From Gemmatimonadota bacterium (GTDB lineage Bacteria > Gemmatimonadota > Gemmatimonadetes > Palauibacterales > Palauibacteraceae), in contig OY762926.1 in the NCBI GenBank assembly GCA_963666735.1, positions 2,784,001 through 2,848,000 on the forward strand: DNA of 64,000 bases. The letters run 5' to 3'. The translations under genes and the position numbers were made by a program. The notes beneath the pieces are model-generated. The model saw nothing but the letters and a program-made list of their open reading frames with translations. It was not told the origin of the DNA and did not search any database. This document shows positions 29,362 to 39,238 of this stretch, in pieces; positions within the stretch are counted from its first letter, which is position 1; every line of letters begins with the position of its first letter.

Positions 29362-30810
29362 ATGACCGCCGCCCGCCTCCACCGCGCCCCGCTCCTCGCG
29401 CTCGCCGCGACCATCCCGTGCCTCGCGGCCGGCCTGCCCTCCGGCGCTCGGGCGCAGGAAGCGATGGAGGACTTCATCGCGGTGCAGGCGCCCACCGTCG
29501 CACTCGCCAACGTGAAGGTGATCGATGGGACCGGAGGTCCCGCCCTCGAAGGGCAGACCATCGTCATTCGGGACGGCCGCATCGCCGACATCGGCCCCGC
29601 CGACGAGGTCGCGGGACGGATCCGCAACGCGCAGGTCCTCGACCTTGAGGGTCATACCGTCATTCCGGGTCTCATCGGACTCCACAACCACAGCTACTAC
29701 ACGGGCGGGAACGGACGTGCCGCGCAGCTCTCCGTCTCGGGGTCCCGGCTCTACCTCGCTTCGGGCGTGACGACGATCCGGACGACCGGCGCGCGCGCAC
29801 CGTACGAGGAGATCAACCTCAAGCGCGCGATCGACGAGGGACGGGCCATCGGCCCCAACATGTTCACGACCGGGCCCTACCTGACGGGGCAGGAGGGCGC
29901 CCAGTCGATGGCGCAGCTCGACGGGGCGGAGCAGGCGCGCCGTCTCGTCCGTTACTGGGCCGAGGAGGGCGTGCCCTGGTTCAAGGCGTACACATGGATC
30001 AGCCGCGAGGAACTCGGCGCGGCGATCGACGAGGCGCACCGGCACGGCGTGAAGGTGACGGCCCACCTCTGCTCGGTGGGATACCGGGAGGCGGTGGCGC
30101 TCGGGATCGACAACCTGGAACACGGCCTGCTCGCGAACAGCGAGTACTTCCCGGGCAAGGAGCCGGACGACTGCCCGTCCGGGTTCCGGAACGGCTACGC
30201 CGACCTCGATGTGAACTCCGAGGACGTCCAGGAGACGTTCCGCATGATGATCGAGAACGACGTCGCGATGACCTCGACGCTCGCGGTCTACGAGATCTCC
30301 GTCCCCGGCCGGGGACCGATCGACGAGCGGATCTACGACATCCTCGCCCCGGAAATCGCGGCGGAGGTGCGAGAGATCGCGGACCTGCGGCGGAACGCGA
30401 CGCTCGACTCCGGGATCGGGATCCACCCCGACATCTACCGGAAGGCGCTCGAGTACGAGTACGCCTTCGTGCAGGCGGGAGGCACGCTCGCGGCCGGCGT
30501 CGACCCGACCGGATACGGGGCCGCTCCGCCCGGTTACGGCGACCAGAAGAACTACGAACTGCTGCTCGAGGCCGGGTTCACGCCCGCCGAGGTCGTGCGG
30601 ATCATGAGCGCGAACGGCGCCAGGGTGCTGGGGATCGAGGACGAAAGGGGGACGATCGAGGTCGGCAAGGTCGCGGACCTCGTCGTGCTGGAGGGCGACC
30701 CGGAAGCGGACGGGCACATCCGCGAGACGCGCATCGTGTTCAAGGGCGGCGTGGGCTGGGACGCGCCCGCGCTCATCGAGTCGGTCCGCGGCATCGTCGG
30801 CATCCGCTGA
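29362..30810 (+). CDS. Exported amidohydrolase (Amidohydro_1)
   Basis: Signal peptide, PGLIGLHNH, GVTTIR, TAHL, EHG, GVD, GTIEVGK.ADLV. Confidence 0.88.
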   Translation: MTAARLHRAPLLALAATIPCLAAGLPSGARAQEAMEDFIAVQAPTVALANVKVIDGTGGPALEGQTIVIRDGRIADIGPADEVAGRIRNAQVLDLEGHTVIPGLIGLHNHSYYTGGNGRAAQLSVSGSRLYLASGVTTIRTTGARAPYEEINLKRAIDEGRAIGPNMFTTGPYLTGQEGAQSMAQLDGAEQARRLVRYWAEEGVPWFKAYTWISREELGAAIDEAHRHGVKVTAHLCSVGYREAVALGIDNLEHGLLANSEYFPGKEPDDCPSGFRNGYADLDVNSEDVQETFRMMIENDVAMTSTLAVYEISVPGRGPIDERIYDILAPEIAAEVREIADLRRNATLDSGIGIHPDIYRKALEYEYAFVQAGGTLAAGVDPTGYGAAPPGYGDQKNYELLLEAGFTPAEVVRIMSANGARVLGIEDERGTIEVGKVADLVVLEGDPEADGHIRETRIVFKGGVGWDAPALIESVRGIVGIR

Positions 30811-30823
30811 CGGGCCGTCCCGG

Positions 30824-32053
30824 GTGAACTCACGAGGAGCAGGGCGAGTCCGGCTCTCGGGCCTGACGATCGTCGCTCTCCTGGCCGCTGTCCTCAGCGG
30901 CCCGCACCCTGCCGCCGCCCAGCCGACCGCCGCAGATGCCGCTGCGGTGCTCGTCGCGACGGCGGGCGACTTCGAGGAGCGGGGCGAACTCGACGTGGCC
31001 CGAGCCCTCTATGAGGAGGTCATCCGCCGCTACCCCGACACCCCCGGTGCAGGGATGGCCCGGGTTCGACTGGAACGGCTGGGGGTGCCGGAGGGCCCGA
31101 CGCCGGTGCGGCTGGCGCAGGGAGATGCCCCGCGAGATCCCCCGCCCGACCGGCGCGGCGACACGGAGTTCCGCGTCTGGTCGACACTCTACGGGCTGTG
31201 GCTGGGCGTCGCGGTGCCGATGCTCGCGGATGCGGAGGGCTCCGAGTCCTACGGCGCGGGTCTCCTGCTCGGCGGGCCGACAGGCTACCTCGCCGGACGC
31301 GTGTTCTCGCGTTCCCTCTCGGTGGGACGGGCACGCACGATCAGTTGGGCCGGCACGTGGGGCACCTGGCAGGGCGTGGGCTGGGCGAACGCCCTGAACC
31401 TGGGGGCCGAGGCGGGCTGCGAATCCTGCGGGCCGGGCGAGAAAGAGGTTGTGGCTACCGCACTGGCCGGCGGCCTGACCGGCATCGTCACGGCCGGCCT
31501 CCTCTCACGCGACGTCACGGAGGGAACAGCTGCGGCGACCTACCTGGGCAGCCTGTGGGGGACGTGGTTCGGCCTCGCGGGGGCGACCGTGCTGGATCTG
31601 GACGACGAGGCGATGTGGGCGAGCACGCTGCTCGTGGGCGACGCGGGCCTGATCGCCGGAGCGCTGGCCGGGAGCCGCTTCGACTTTTCCTCCCGTCGTG
31701 CGCACATGATCAGCCTCGGAGGTCTCATCGGCGGTTTCGGTGGGGTCGGCATCGCGCTCATCACGAAGCCGGACGGCACCGAAGCCGCGTTCGCGATTCC
31801 GCTTGCGACGAGTCTCGCGGGTCTGGGCTTCGGGGCCCTGCTGACACGGGACGGCGCGGACGCCGCCGGAGGGGAGTCGAGCGCGGCCCGCGCGGGGTCC
31901 GGCTCGGCGCCGCCGGCTCTCCTGACCTGGTCGCATGGCACACAACCTGCGGTTGGCCTGCCGATGCCGTTCCCGACCACCGTCCCCGACCCGGAGCGGA
32001 ACGGACGGCGGCACACCATCTGGAACGTCCCGCTCCTCCGCCTGCGCTTCTGA
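30824..32053 (+). CDS. Hypothetical protein: signal peptide, TPR-like hairpin, Gly-rich hydrophobic repeats
   Basis: ARALYEEVIRRYPDTP; repeated LWG.W.G/GG..G segments; ends LRLRF. Confidence 0.65.
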   Translation: MNSRGAGRVRLSGLTIVALLAAVLSGPHPAAAQPTAADAAAVLVATAGDFEERGELDVARALYEEVIRRYPDTPGAGMARVRLERLGVPEGPTPVRLAQGDAPRDPPPDRRGDTEFRVWSTLYGLWLGVAVPMLADAEGSESYGAGLLLGGPTGYLAGRVFSRSLSVGRARTISWAGTWGTWQGVGWANALNLGAEAGCESCGPGEKEVVATALAGGLTGIVTAGLLSRDVTEGTAAATYLGSLWGTWFGLAGATVLDLDDEAMWASTLLVGDAGLIAGALAGSRFDFSSRRAHMISLGGLIGGFGGVGIALITKPDGTEAAFAIPLATSLAGLGFGALLTRDGADAAGGESSAARAGSGSAPPALLTWSHGTQPAVGLPMPFPTTVPDPERNGRRHTIWNVPLLRLRF

Positions 32054-32058
32054 AACGC

Positions 32059-33066
32059 ATGCCGGACCGTCCGCTGAAAGACCGGGTGGCCGTCGTCGCC
32101 GGTGCGACGCGCGGCGCCGGCCGCGGCATCGCCCGCATGCTGGGCGCGGCGGGCGCCACCGTCTACTGCACCGGCCGCAGCGTCCGGGGGCATCCCGCCA
32201 CGCCGGGGCGGCCCGAAACCCTGGAGGAGACCGCGGAGTGGGTGACGGCGGAGGGAGGCCGGGGCATCGCCGTCCGCACGGACCACACGGTCGAGTCCGA
32301 GGTCGAGCGACTCTTCGCCCGCGTGCGCCACGAGGCGGGGCGTCTCGATGTGCTGGTGAACGACATCTGGGGCGGCGACGCGCTGACCGAATGGGGAAAG
32401 CCCTTCTGGGAACTCTCCATCGCGCAGGGACAGAGTCTGCTGGAGCGGGCGGTCGACACTCACATCATCACGAGCCGGCACGGCGCCCCGCTGATGGTCG
32501 AGCGCAACGCCGGACTCATCGTCGAGGTCACCGATGGCGACACGTTCGGCTACCGCGGCAACCTGTTCTACGACCTCGCCAAGCACGCCGTCGTTCGGCT
32601 GGCCTACGCCATGGCGGCCGACCTCCAGGCCCACGGCGTGACGGCACTGGCGATCACTCCCGGATTCCTGCGCTCCGAGGCGGTCCTCGACCATTTCGGC
32701 GTCGCCGAAGCCGACTGGCGCGACGCGATCGAGAAGGACGAGTACTTCGCCGAGTCCGAGACCCCGTGCTACGTCGGCCGCGCCATCGCCGCGCTCGCTG
32801 CGGACCCGAACGTGGCCGAGAAGAGCGGAGGACTGTTCTCAAGCTGGAATTTGGCGATGGAGTATGGCTTCACCGACGTCGACGGCCGCCGGCCGGACTG
32901 GGGCACGTTCTTCCTGCGCAAGGTGCGGGAAATCCTCGAACGAGACGCGCCACCGGACGAGATGGACGCCTTCGTCGTCCGCAGCCGGCTCCACCAGGCG
33001 GAACTCGATCCGTCCGCCGCCGCGGAAGCCGAACGCCTGCGCGCCTGGCTCGCCCGCCACGAATAG
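32059..33066 (+). CDS. SDR family oxidoreductase
   Basis: VAGATRGAGRGIA, LDVLVNDIWGG, YDLAK, PGFLRSE. Confidence 0.9.
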   Translation: MPDRPLKDRVAVVAGATRGAGRGIARMLGAAGATVYCTGRSVRGHPATPGRPETLEETAEWVTAEGGRGIAVRTDHTVESEVERLFARVRHEAGRLDVLVNDIWGGDALTEWGKPFWELSIAQGQSLLERAVDTHIITSRHGAPLMVERNAGLIVEVTDGDTFGYRGNLFYDLAKHAVVRLAYAMAADLQAHGVTALAITPGFLRSEAVLDHFGVAEADWRDAIEKDEYFAESETPCYVGRAIAALAADPNVAEKSGGLFSSWNLAMEYGFTDVDGRRPDWGTFFLRKVREILERDAPPDEMDAFVVRSRLHQAELDPSAAAEAERLRAWLARHE

Positions 33067-33067
33067 C

Positions 33068-33111
33068 GGGCCTCCGGCCACGTTCCCGCGGGAACGCGGC
33101 GGAGCCCCTTT
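33068..33111. terminator. Hairpin between convergent genes (possible terminator)
   Basis: Inner stem CGTTCC-cgcg-GGAACG with extended GC pairing, followed by TTT. Confidence 0.4.
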
Positions 33112-33168
33112 CGAATCCGGCTATGTGACTGTCGGCACTTCGAGTCCCGGCGCCCAGGGGAGAGCGGC

Positions 33169-35460
33169 TTAGAAGCCGATGGACTTCGACACCTTCGCCG
33201 CAAAGACGCGCTCGACAGTCATGCCGGCGGCCAGGTCGCGCCGCTCGGTGTAGACCAGAAAGACGTCGCTGAGGGGTGAATACAGATAGTTGAAGCGCAC
33301 ATTCGTCACAAACTCATCCTCGGCCGCATTGTACTGGACAAAAGCGCTAGCGAAAACCCTCGTCGAAAAGCCGTAGTCGACCCGCCCTCCGAACACGTCC
33401 GCCGTAAAGTCTCCGGCCGGGAGCGAGACGTCGTTGTGGTTCGCCGACAGGTCGACGGAGAGGTGATGGTCCGGCCGCCACACCAGTCCGCCTGACAGCG
33501 AGGTCCGCGTCCCATCGAAGAATCCGCCGCGTTCGACCCGAACAAAGCCCGATAACACGCGGCCCGGGGCCGACCGGTATTGCAGGAAACCCGAAGAAAA
33601 CCCAAAGTTACCGACCGGGATCGTCGCGTCCCTCGAGACGCGAAAAGGTTCCCGCAGGAGTTCGAACCGGTCCGTGTAGTTCAGCGTGAGGCCGCTTCCA
33701 TTCAGGAAGGACACTCCGAACCCGGCCGTCCGCGTCCGGGTCACGAGGACGGACTCGAGATCCTGAATGTAGTCGATCTCGATATATGGATTCACCTCCT
33801 GCACGCCGGGCACCGGGGGTCGCGGATGGAGCCCCACTGTGGCGTAACCCTGCCGGATATTGCGCCGGCGCACGAAGCCCACTGTGGGGTTGAAGTCCTC
33901 CCCCACGTGGCGCCACAGCGCCGATACGTCCCACAGTTCGTCCCGCCAACCCGCCCACATTCGTCCCGCAAAGGCGTCCCCACTGCTATCCGGCGAGCGC
34001 GTCCAAGAGAGGAAAGGCGCGAAGAGCAGCGACGGGAGCGGCCTCAGGTTCCCATCGAAACCCACGCTGCGGTTGAAGCCGGGATATCCCTCCACATCGG
34101 CGCCGGTCGCTTCCCGGTTGACGAAGATCGCCCCCACGTCCGATGTCCCGAACACGCTCCGGCGTGCCCGCATGATCGAGAAGTTCTCGGCCGGGAGGCC
34201 GCTCCCGGAGCGGGTCTGGAGGTTCATGAGGCCGACCTCGAACCCGCCCGTCCGGCCCGTGAGCCGCGCGCCCCCGAGGATGGGGATCGGTTCCCCGGTC
34301 CCCCGGAGGCCGATGCGCCGCGAGTGGAAGAGGGTGAAGTCGCGCAGCGAGACCCCGGTCCGGTAGCTGCGCTCCGACTGGTCGCCGAAGGCGAACGTGC
34401 CGGAATTCTCGACGAAGAAATCCCGTTTCTCGGGGAAGAAGAGGGGGAAGCGGGTCAGGTTGACCTGTTCCTGGTCCACTTCGACCTGCGCGAAGTCCGT
34501 GTTGTACGTGAGGTCGAGCGTGAGCCCGGGCGTGACCCCGTACTTGACGTCGAACCCGATGTCGGCCTGCGCGCCGCCGCCCCCTTCCCGGATCAGCGTG
34601 CCCGTCTGGTCACGCGCGAGCGCGTAGGGCTTCACCCGCAGGTTGAGCCCCGGCCCCACTCCCCGGAATCCGGTCAGCGTCCCCGCCTTGGACATCTTGT
34701 GGATCTGGTCGCGGCGGTCGAGCGGCGCCCAGAACGTGTCCTCCGCCTTGCGCCGGATGCGGCGCAGGATCTGCAGTCCCCAGGTCTGGTCCTCTTCCGA
34801 CGGATTGAAGCGGAGCGTGGAAAACGGGATCTCGATCTCCACCGTCCAGCCCTCGTCGCTCCGAGTCGTCTCGACCCGGATCGGGCCTTCCCACGCCTGG
34901 TTCTCGGAGCGGCTGTCATCGAACAACTGCACGTCCTTGAGCGCGCCTCCCGGATTCACGAGGAACATGAACCCGTTGCGGCGGTCGAGGTACGTATCGA
35001 GCGCCACGCCGAAGACATCCGATGACCCGCTGCTGAAGTCCTGCTTGAGGCTGGAGATGAAGTAGCGGTCGGGTTCCGAGTCGTAGCAGATCGCGCCGAT
35101 GTAGAGGGCGCGGTCGTCGTACAGGAAGTGGACGACCGTGTTCTCGCTGGCGGGGGCGCCGGTGTCGGGACGGGACTGCACGAATCCGGTCAGGGGTTGA
35201 GCCTGCCGCCAGACGGGCTCGTCGAGACGGCCGTCCACGGTGGGCGGCGCGTCCGTGCGCAGGGCGGCGGCCGTCGGGCGGGGCGCGGACTCGACCGCGA
35301 TCCGGGCCGGTCCCTGCTGACCTGGCTCCCGTGCCATGGCGGCCCCCGGCGCCAGCGAGATGAGCACCGAGATGAGCAGCAAGATGAGCGGAGCGAGGCG
35401 GAGACCGCTTCTGGCCGCGGCACGGAACTTGCGGGGATCTCTCGGCGGCGACCCGTTCAG
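33169..35460 (-). CDS. CBM9-like + DUF5916 exported / outer-membrane protein (start uncertain)
   Basis: PTVDGRLDEPVW, EIEIPFSTLRF, TYNTDFAQVEVD...NLTRFPLFFPEKRDFF, terminal Phe. Confidence 0.8.
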   Translation of the reverse strand: MNGSPPRDPRKFRAAARSGLRLAPLILLLISVLISLAPGAAMAREPGQQGPARIAVESAPRPTAAALRTDAPPTVDGRLDEPVWRQAQPLTGFVQSRPDTGAPASENTVVHFLYDDRALYIGAICYDSEPDRYFISSLKQDFSSGSSDVFGVALDTYLDRRNGFMFLVNPGGALKDVQLFDDSRSENQAWEGPIRVETTRSDEGWTVEIEIPFSTLRFNPSEEDQTWGLQILRRIRRKAEDTFWAPLDRRDQIHKMSKAGTLTGFRGVGPGLNLRVKPYALARDQTGTLIREGGGGAQADIGFDVKYGVTPGLTLDLTYNTDFAQVEVDQEQVNLTRFPLFFPEKRDFFVENSGTFAFGDQSERSYRTGVSLRDFTLFHSRRIGLRGTGEPIPILGGARLTGRTGGFEVGLMNLQTRSGSGLPAENFSIMRARRSVFGTSDVGAIFVNREATGADVEGYPGFNRSVGFDGNLRPLPSLLFAPFLSWTRSPDSSGDAFAGRMWAGWRDELWDVSALWRHVGEDFNPTVGFVRRRNIRQGYATVGLHPRPPVPGVQEVNPYIEIDYIQDLESVLVTRTRTAGFGVSFLNGSGLTLNYTDRFELLREPFRVSRDATIPVGNFGFSSGFLQYRSAPGRVLSGFVRVERGGFFDGTRTSLSGGLVWRPDHHLSVDLSANHNDVSLPAGDFTADVFGGRVDYGFSTRVFASAFVQYNAAEDEFVTNVRFNYLYSPLSDVFLVYTERRDLAAGMTVERVFAAKVSKSIGF

Positions 35461-36443
35461 TTCCAGCTCAGTCCCCGCAACTGTTCCACGTCGAGATTTC
35501 CGCCGCTTAGAACGCACGCGACCTTCGTCCCCGGCGGTGCCTCGATGAGGCCGTGGAGGACGGCGGCGACCGACGCCGCGGCCGCGCCCTCGGTCACGAG
35601 CTTCGCCCGCGTCATCAGCCACAGCATGGCGTCGAAGATGTCCCCGTCTGGAAGCGTCACGACGCGCTCCACGAAGCGGCTCACGACGGACGCCGTGTGG
35701 TCGCCGACCCGCATCACCTTCAGCCCGTCGATCACGCAGTCCACCGTCTCCAGCGTGATCATCTCTCCGGATTCGACGGTGCGCTTCATCGCGGGCGCCC
35801 CGGATGATTCCACCCCGATCACGCGGATATCGGGGTTCACGCTCCTCAGCGACATCGAATTGCCGGAGATGAGGCCGCCCCCGCCGATGGGGATGACGAC
35901 GAGTTCGACCTCCGGCCAGTCTTCGAGGATCTCGAGGCCGAGCGTCCCCTGGCCCGCGATCAGCCGCGGGTTGTCGAAGGGGTGCACGTACGTGAGTCCG
36001 CGTTCCTCGACGAGTTCCAGCGCCCGCTCGTTCGCCTCATCCCAGATCGACCCCTGAAGTACGACCTCGGCGCCGTAGCCCTCCGTGGCCGCGACCTTCG
36101 CCGGGGTCGCGTTCTCCGCCATCACGACGACGGCGGGAATCCCGTACAGGCGGGCCGCCAGCGCCACTCCCTGCGCGTGGTTCCCGGCGGAGGAGCAGAT
36201 GATGCCCCGCGCCTTCTCCTCCTCGCTCATGTGGGCCATCACGTTCAGCGGGCCCCGCACCTTGTACGAACCCCCGCGCTGGAAGAGTTCGGCCTTGAGG
36301 CGGATGTCGAAGCCGGAGGCCTCGCTCAGCGAGCGCGACGTGAGGAGGGGGGTGTGGTAGACGTGCGGCGCGACGTGCTTCCGCGCGCGCTCGAAGTCCT
36401 CGCGCGTCAGCGTGAGTCCGGGGATCTCGACGTGTGGCGTCAC
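35457..36443 (-). CDS. PLP-dependent threonine/serine dehydratase (catalytic domain only)
   Basis: KAE.FQRGGSYKVRG, SAGNHAQG, HPFD, GQGT, PIGGGGL, LSGGN. Confidence 0.9.
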   Translation of the reverse strand: MTPHVEIPGLTLTREDFERARKHVAPHVYHTPLLTSRSLSEASGFDIRLKAELFQRGGSYKVRGPLNVMAHMSEEEKARGIICSSAGNHAQGVALAARLYGIPAVVVMAENATPAKVAATEGYGAEVVLQGSIWDEANERALELVEERGLTYVHPFDNPRLIAGQGTLGLEILEDWPEVELVVIPIGGGGLISGNSMSLRSVNPDIRVIGVESSGAPAMKRTVESGEMITLETVDCVIDGLKVMRVGDHTASVVSRFVERVVTLPDGDIFDAMLWLMTRAKLVTEGAAAASVAAVLHGLIEAPPGTKVACVLSGGNLDVEQLRGLSWN

Positions 36444-36636
36444 TCGGGCCGTCTCTCTCGGCAAGGCGGTCGGCTGGCGGCCGGATCCACGTCCAGCTCC
36501 GCCGGTGCGTGGTCGATAATCCCCGGAACGGAGTGGGCACGCAACGGGGAAGCGGCCGTCACCTTGCGGCGTGACGCTTTGGTCGGCGACACTCAAGCCT
36601 CCTGCCCGCACGGACGTCCAGCCGAGGATCCGCCAC

Positions 36637-37986
36637 TTGAGCCAGTCACCGGACAGCCCGAAATCCGCGCGCGAGCGCTTCGGCACCCGTGCCGGGTTCG
36701 TGCTGGCGGCGGTGGGGTCCGCCGTCGGGCTGGGCAACATGTGGCGCTTCCCGTATCAGACGGCGGAGGGCGGAGGCGCCGCCTTCCTCGTGGCCTACGT
36801 CTGCATGGCGTTCCTCATCGGCGTGCCAATGATGCTGGCGGAGTTCGCGGTGGGGCGGCGCGCCCGCCGGTCGGCGATCGGGGCGCTGCGGTCGGTCGGA
36901 GGCCGACGCTGGGCCGCGATGGGTCTTCTCTTCCTGGTCACCTCGACCGTCATCATGGCCTACCTGTCGGTCATCACGGGCTGGGCGCTGCGGTACGCGC
37001 TCGATGGTCTGGCGACCGGCTTCCACGCCGACGCGGCGGGACGTTACGAATCCATCGCCTCCGGACCCTCGGCGGTCGTCTTCCACCTCGTGTCGATCGC
37101 CGCAACGGTGGGAATCGTCGTGTTCGGCGTCCGCAAGGGGATCGAACGGGCGAGCATGCTGCTCATGCCGGTCCTCTTTCTCCTCCTCATCGGCCTCGCG
37201 ATCTGGGCCGCGACGCTGCCGGGCGCCACGGAGGGATACCGCTTCTATCTCTCGCCCTCACTGAACGAGCTGCTCGATCCGGTCGTGCTGCAGGGTGCGG
37301 CCGCGCACGCCTTCTACTCGCTGAGCGTGGGCATGGGGATCATGGTCACCTATTCCTCCTACCTCTCGAGAAGCGCCAACCTCGGTCGGGAAAGCGCCGT
37401 GATCGCGCTCTCGGACTTCTTTGTCGCCTTCGTGGCGGGGCTGGTGGTGTTTCCCATCGTCTTCGGACTCGGGCTCTCGGAAGACGTGGGGGAGAGCACG
37501 CTGGGCGTCCTTTTCATCTCGCTCCCGAGCGCGTTCGCGCAGATGGAGACGCTGGGCCGGATCGTGGGGACGGCGTTCTTCATCGCCGTGATCGTAGCGG
37601 CCATCACGTCGGCGGTCTCTCTGCTCGAGGTGGCGGCTTCGATCCTCATCGACGAGTGGGGCTGGACGCGCCGCCGGGCGACGCTCACTTCGGGCCTCCT
37701 CATCGCGGCGATCGGGATCGCGCCCGCACTCTCCCTGGGCGCGCTGGGCATCATGGACCAGGTTGCGGCGGAACTCCTCACGGTGCTGGGCGTACTCGCG
37801 ATCGCCGTGCTTGTGGGCTGGGTGATGAAGCACCCGGAGGAGGAACTGCGGACCGGGGCCTCCCCCGGGTTCGCGCGCCTGATTCCGATGGCGCGCTTCC
37901 TGATCCGCTTTGTGGCGCCGCCTCTCCTGGCGTACGTGAGCTGGATCGCGCTGCGTCAGACGATCCGCGTGATCGCGGGCGGCTAA
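36637..37986 (+). CDS. Sodium-dependent transporter, NSS (LeuT/YhdH) family
   Basis: GSAVGLGNMWRFPY, GGAAF, KGIER, FYSLSVG, about 11 TM helices. Confidence 0.92.
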   Translation: MSQSPDSPKSARERFGTRAGFVLAAVGSAVGLGNMWRFPYQTAEGGGAAFLVAYVCMAFLIGVPMMLAEFAVGRRARRSAIGALRSVGGRRWAAMGLLFLVTSTVIMAYLSVITGWALRYALDGLATGFHADAAGRYESIASGPSAVVFHLVSIAATVGIVVFGVRKGIERASMLLMPVLFLLLIGLAIWAATLPGATEGYRFYLSPSLNELLDPVVLQGAAAHAFYSLSVGMGIMVTYSSYLSRSANLGRESAVIALSDFFVAFVAGLVVFPIVFGLGLSEDVGESTLGVLFISLPSAFAQMETLGRIVGTAFFIAVIVAAITSAVSLLEVAASILIDEWGWTRRRATLTSGLLIAAIGIAPALSLGALGIMDQVAAELLTVLGVLAIAVLVGWVMKHPEEELRTGASPGFARLIPMARFLIRFVAPPLLAYVSWIALRQTIRVIAGG

Positions 37987-38007
37987 ACCGGACCTCCGGA
38001 GCAAGAC

Positions 38008-39093
38008 GTGTCCAACCTCGATCGACTCAGAGACGAACTCGCGCGCATCGACCGCGAACTGCTCGAACTCGTGGCCCGGCGGCAGGCGGTATCCGCGAAA
38101 GTCGGGGAGCGAAAGCGCGCCTCGCAGATCCCCCCGCGCGACTACCGGCAGGAAAAAACCGTCATCGAGCGGGCCCGCGCCGCCGCGAGCGACATCGGCC
38201 TCCCGCCGCGGCTGGCCGAGGATCTCGTCCTCTCACTGATCCGTTGGTCGCTCACCGTGCAGGAACGGGGCAGCGTGGCCGCGGCCGCGAGAGGAGGCGG
38301 GAAACGCGCCCTCGTCATCGGCGGTTCCGGGAAGATGGGGGGGTGGTTCGTCCGCTTCCTCTCCTCGCAGGGGTTCAAGGTGGAGAACGCGGACCCGGAC
38401 GGGGGGGATCACGCGGACTGGACCGCGACGCCGCTGGACCACGACCTGATCGTGGTGGCGACGCCCATGGTCATCGCCAACGAGATCCTCGCGCGGCTGG
38501 CGGAGATCGGGCCGCCGGGCCTGGTGTTCGATATCGGCTCGCTCAAGAGTCCGCTGCGCTCCGGCCTGCTGGCGCTGTCGGAAGCCGGGGTCCGCGTGAC
38601 GTCCGTCCACCCCATGTTCGGTCCCGACACCGAACTCCTTTCAGGGGAACACGTGATCTTCGTGGACGTCGGCTGTCCCGACGCCACGGAAGGGGCGGAA
38701 GCGCTCTTCGCCTCGACCATGGCGACGCGCGTGCGCATGGACTTGGAGAGCCACGACCGGGTGATGGGATTCGTGCTCGGGCTCTCGCACGCCCTCAACA
38801 TCACCTTCTTCACGGCGCTGGCGCGCTCCGGCGAAACGACGCCGCGCCTGGCGGACGTGTCGAGCACGACGTTCGAGGCCCAGCTGGACGTGGCGCGCGC
38901 GCTGGCCGGCGAGAACCCGCACATGTACTTCGAGATCCAGTCGCTGAACGAGTACGGAGACGCTGCGCTGAAGGAACTCGTCGCGGCGGCGGAGAGGGTC
39001 CGCGACGTCGTCGAAGCGGGGGATGAGGACGCCTTCGTCGCCCTGATGTCGGCCGGTCGCGACTACCTGGAGTCCCGCGGTTCCGCAGAATAG
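38008..39093 (+). CDS. tyrA: Bifunctional chorismate mutase / prephenate dehydrogenase
   Basis: N-terminal [42 protein letters not shown]. Confidence 0.9.
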   Translation: MSNLDRLRDELARIDRELLELVARRQAVSAKVGERKRASQIPPRDYRQEKTVIERARAAASDIGLPPRLAEDLVLSLIRWSLTVQERGSVAAAARGGGKRALVIGGSGKMGGWFVRFLSSQGFKVENADPDGGDHADWTATPLDHDLIVVATPMVIANEILARLAEIGPPGLVFDIGSLKSPLRSGLLALSEAGVRVTSVHPMFGPDTELLSGEHVIFVDVGCPDATEGAEALFASTMATRVRMDLESHDRVMGFVLGLSHALNITFFTALARSGETTPRLADVSSTTFEAQLDVARALAGENPHMYFEIQSLNEYGDAALKELVAAAERVRDVVEAGDEDAFVALMSAGRDYLESRGSAE

Positions 39094-39238
39094 CCCGGGC
39101 CCGGTTCGACTGGCGTTGGAGCGTCGACAATACCTATCTTACACAGGCTGGATGCGGGGAGGGTGAATTGCGTCCAAACGCTGCGGCGGGTCGCGGTGTT
39201 TGCCCGGTTGCATTCGGGCGACAGCCGGTGAGGTCCAC

